A DNA stretch of 64,000 nucleotides from contig CAZKPX010000002.1 in assembly GCA_964554805.1 (NCBI GenBank), positions 49,889-113,888 on the forward strand, read 5' to 3'. The notes beneath the pieces are model-generated. The model saw only the letters and a list, made by a program, of their open reading frames with translations. It made no database searches and was not told where the DNA came from. The stretch comes from an uncultured Candidatus Saccharibacteria bacterium (GTDB lineage: Bacteria; Patescibacteriota; CAZHWT01). The position numbers and the translations under genes are program-made. Of the stretch, positions 63,878 through 64,000 are shown piece after piece (within the stretch, counting starts at the first letter, position 1; the number at the start of each line of letters is the position of its first letter).

Positions 63878-64000
63878 GTTGATTCTATGACGACTGTAAA
63901 AATTATACAATTCGAATTGCTTATGGAGGCTAGCTGGCTATATCTGTGAATACTAAAATATTATGAGCAACAAACTTAAATCATTAAAATTCGCACCTCA

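Overview
This 64-kb window is about 45-48% GC and reads as a bacterial genome with standard translation code 11. TGA is used as an ordinary stop in several genes. The gene content (many signal-peptide surface proteins with Pro/Thr linkers and C-terminal anchors, a VanY-domain surface protein, few biosynthetic genes) suggests a small-genome, possibly CPR/Saccharibacteria-like or Gram-positive-like organism. That taxonomic guess is speculation and cannot be verified here.

The first ~35 kb is mostly housekeeping and envelope genes:
- a minus-strand cluster of paralogous secreted surface proteins (0.9-7.9 kb), two of which are disrupted;
- uppP, rlmH and metK (metK preceded by a SAM-I-like riboswitch);
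- a znuACB operon divergent from a Fur/Zur-family regulator, with a palindromic operator between them;
- tdk, hflX, a heterodimeric ABC exporter pair, an aquaporin, a polyprenyl synthase, a YggT protein and an MFS transporter.

From tRNA-Leu(UAA) and tRNA-Gln(UUG) at ~36 kb to ~59 kb the content is accessory and mosaic:
- a ~65-bp direct repeat of the tRNA-Gln 3' flank brackets a GC-richer 3.7-kb MacB-type ABC/AbrB cassette;
- a truncated IS1595-family transposase follows;
- a cluster of small membrane proteins, an XRE regulator, an HD phosphohydrolase and four NUDIX hydrolases sits beyond that;
- a 1477-aa protein carries two tandem GHKL (Bergerat-fold) ATPase modules and a C-terminal HExxH motif;
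- a composite ~65-bp sequence element recurs at least five times in the intergenic regions of this segment;
- two paralogous XRE-like multi-HTH proteins (34.9 kb and 57.7-59.0 kb) bracket the region.

The window begins with a 5'-truncated IS200-like/REP-associated tyrosine transposase (RAYT) followed by a REP-like hairpin. A related hairpin lies near the window end, inside a local tandem duplication of a histidine phosphatase and an ASCH-domain gene.

The strongest candidate for something new is the tandem-GHKL giant gene together with the repeated regulatory-looking element that marks its island. All functional calls rest on motifs I read in the translations and need database confirmation.
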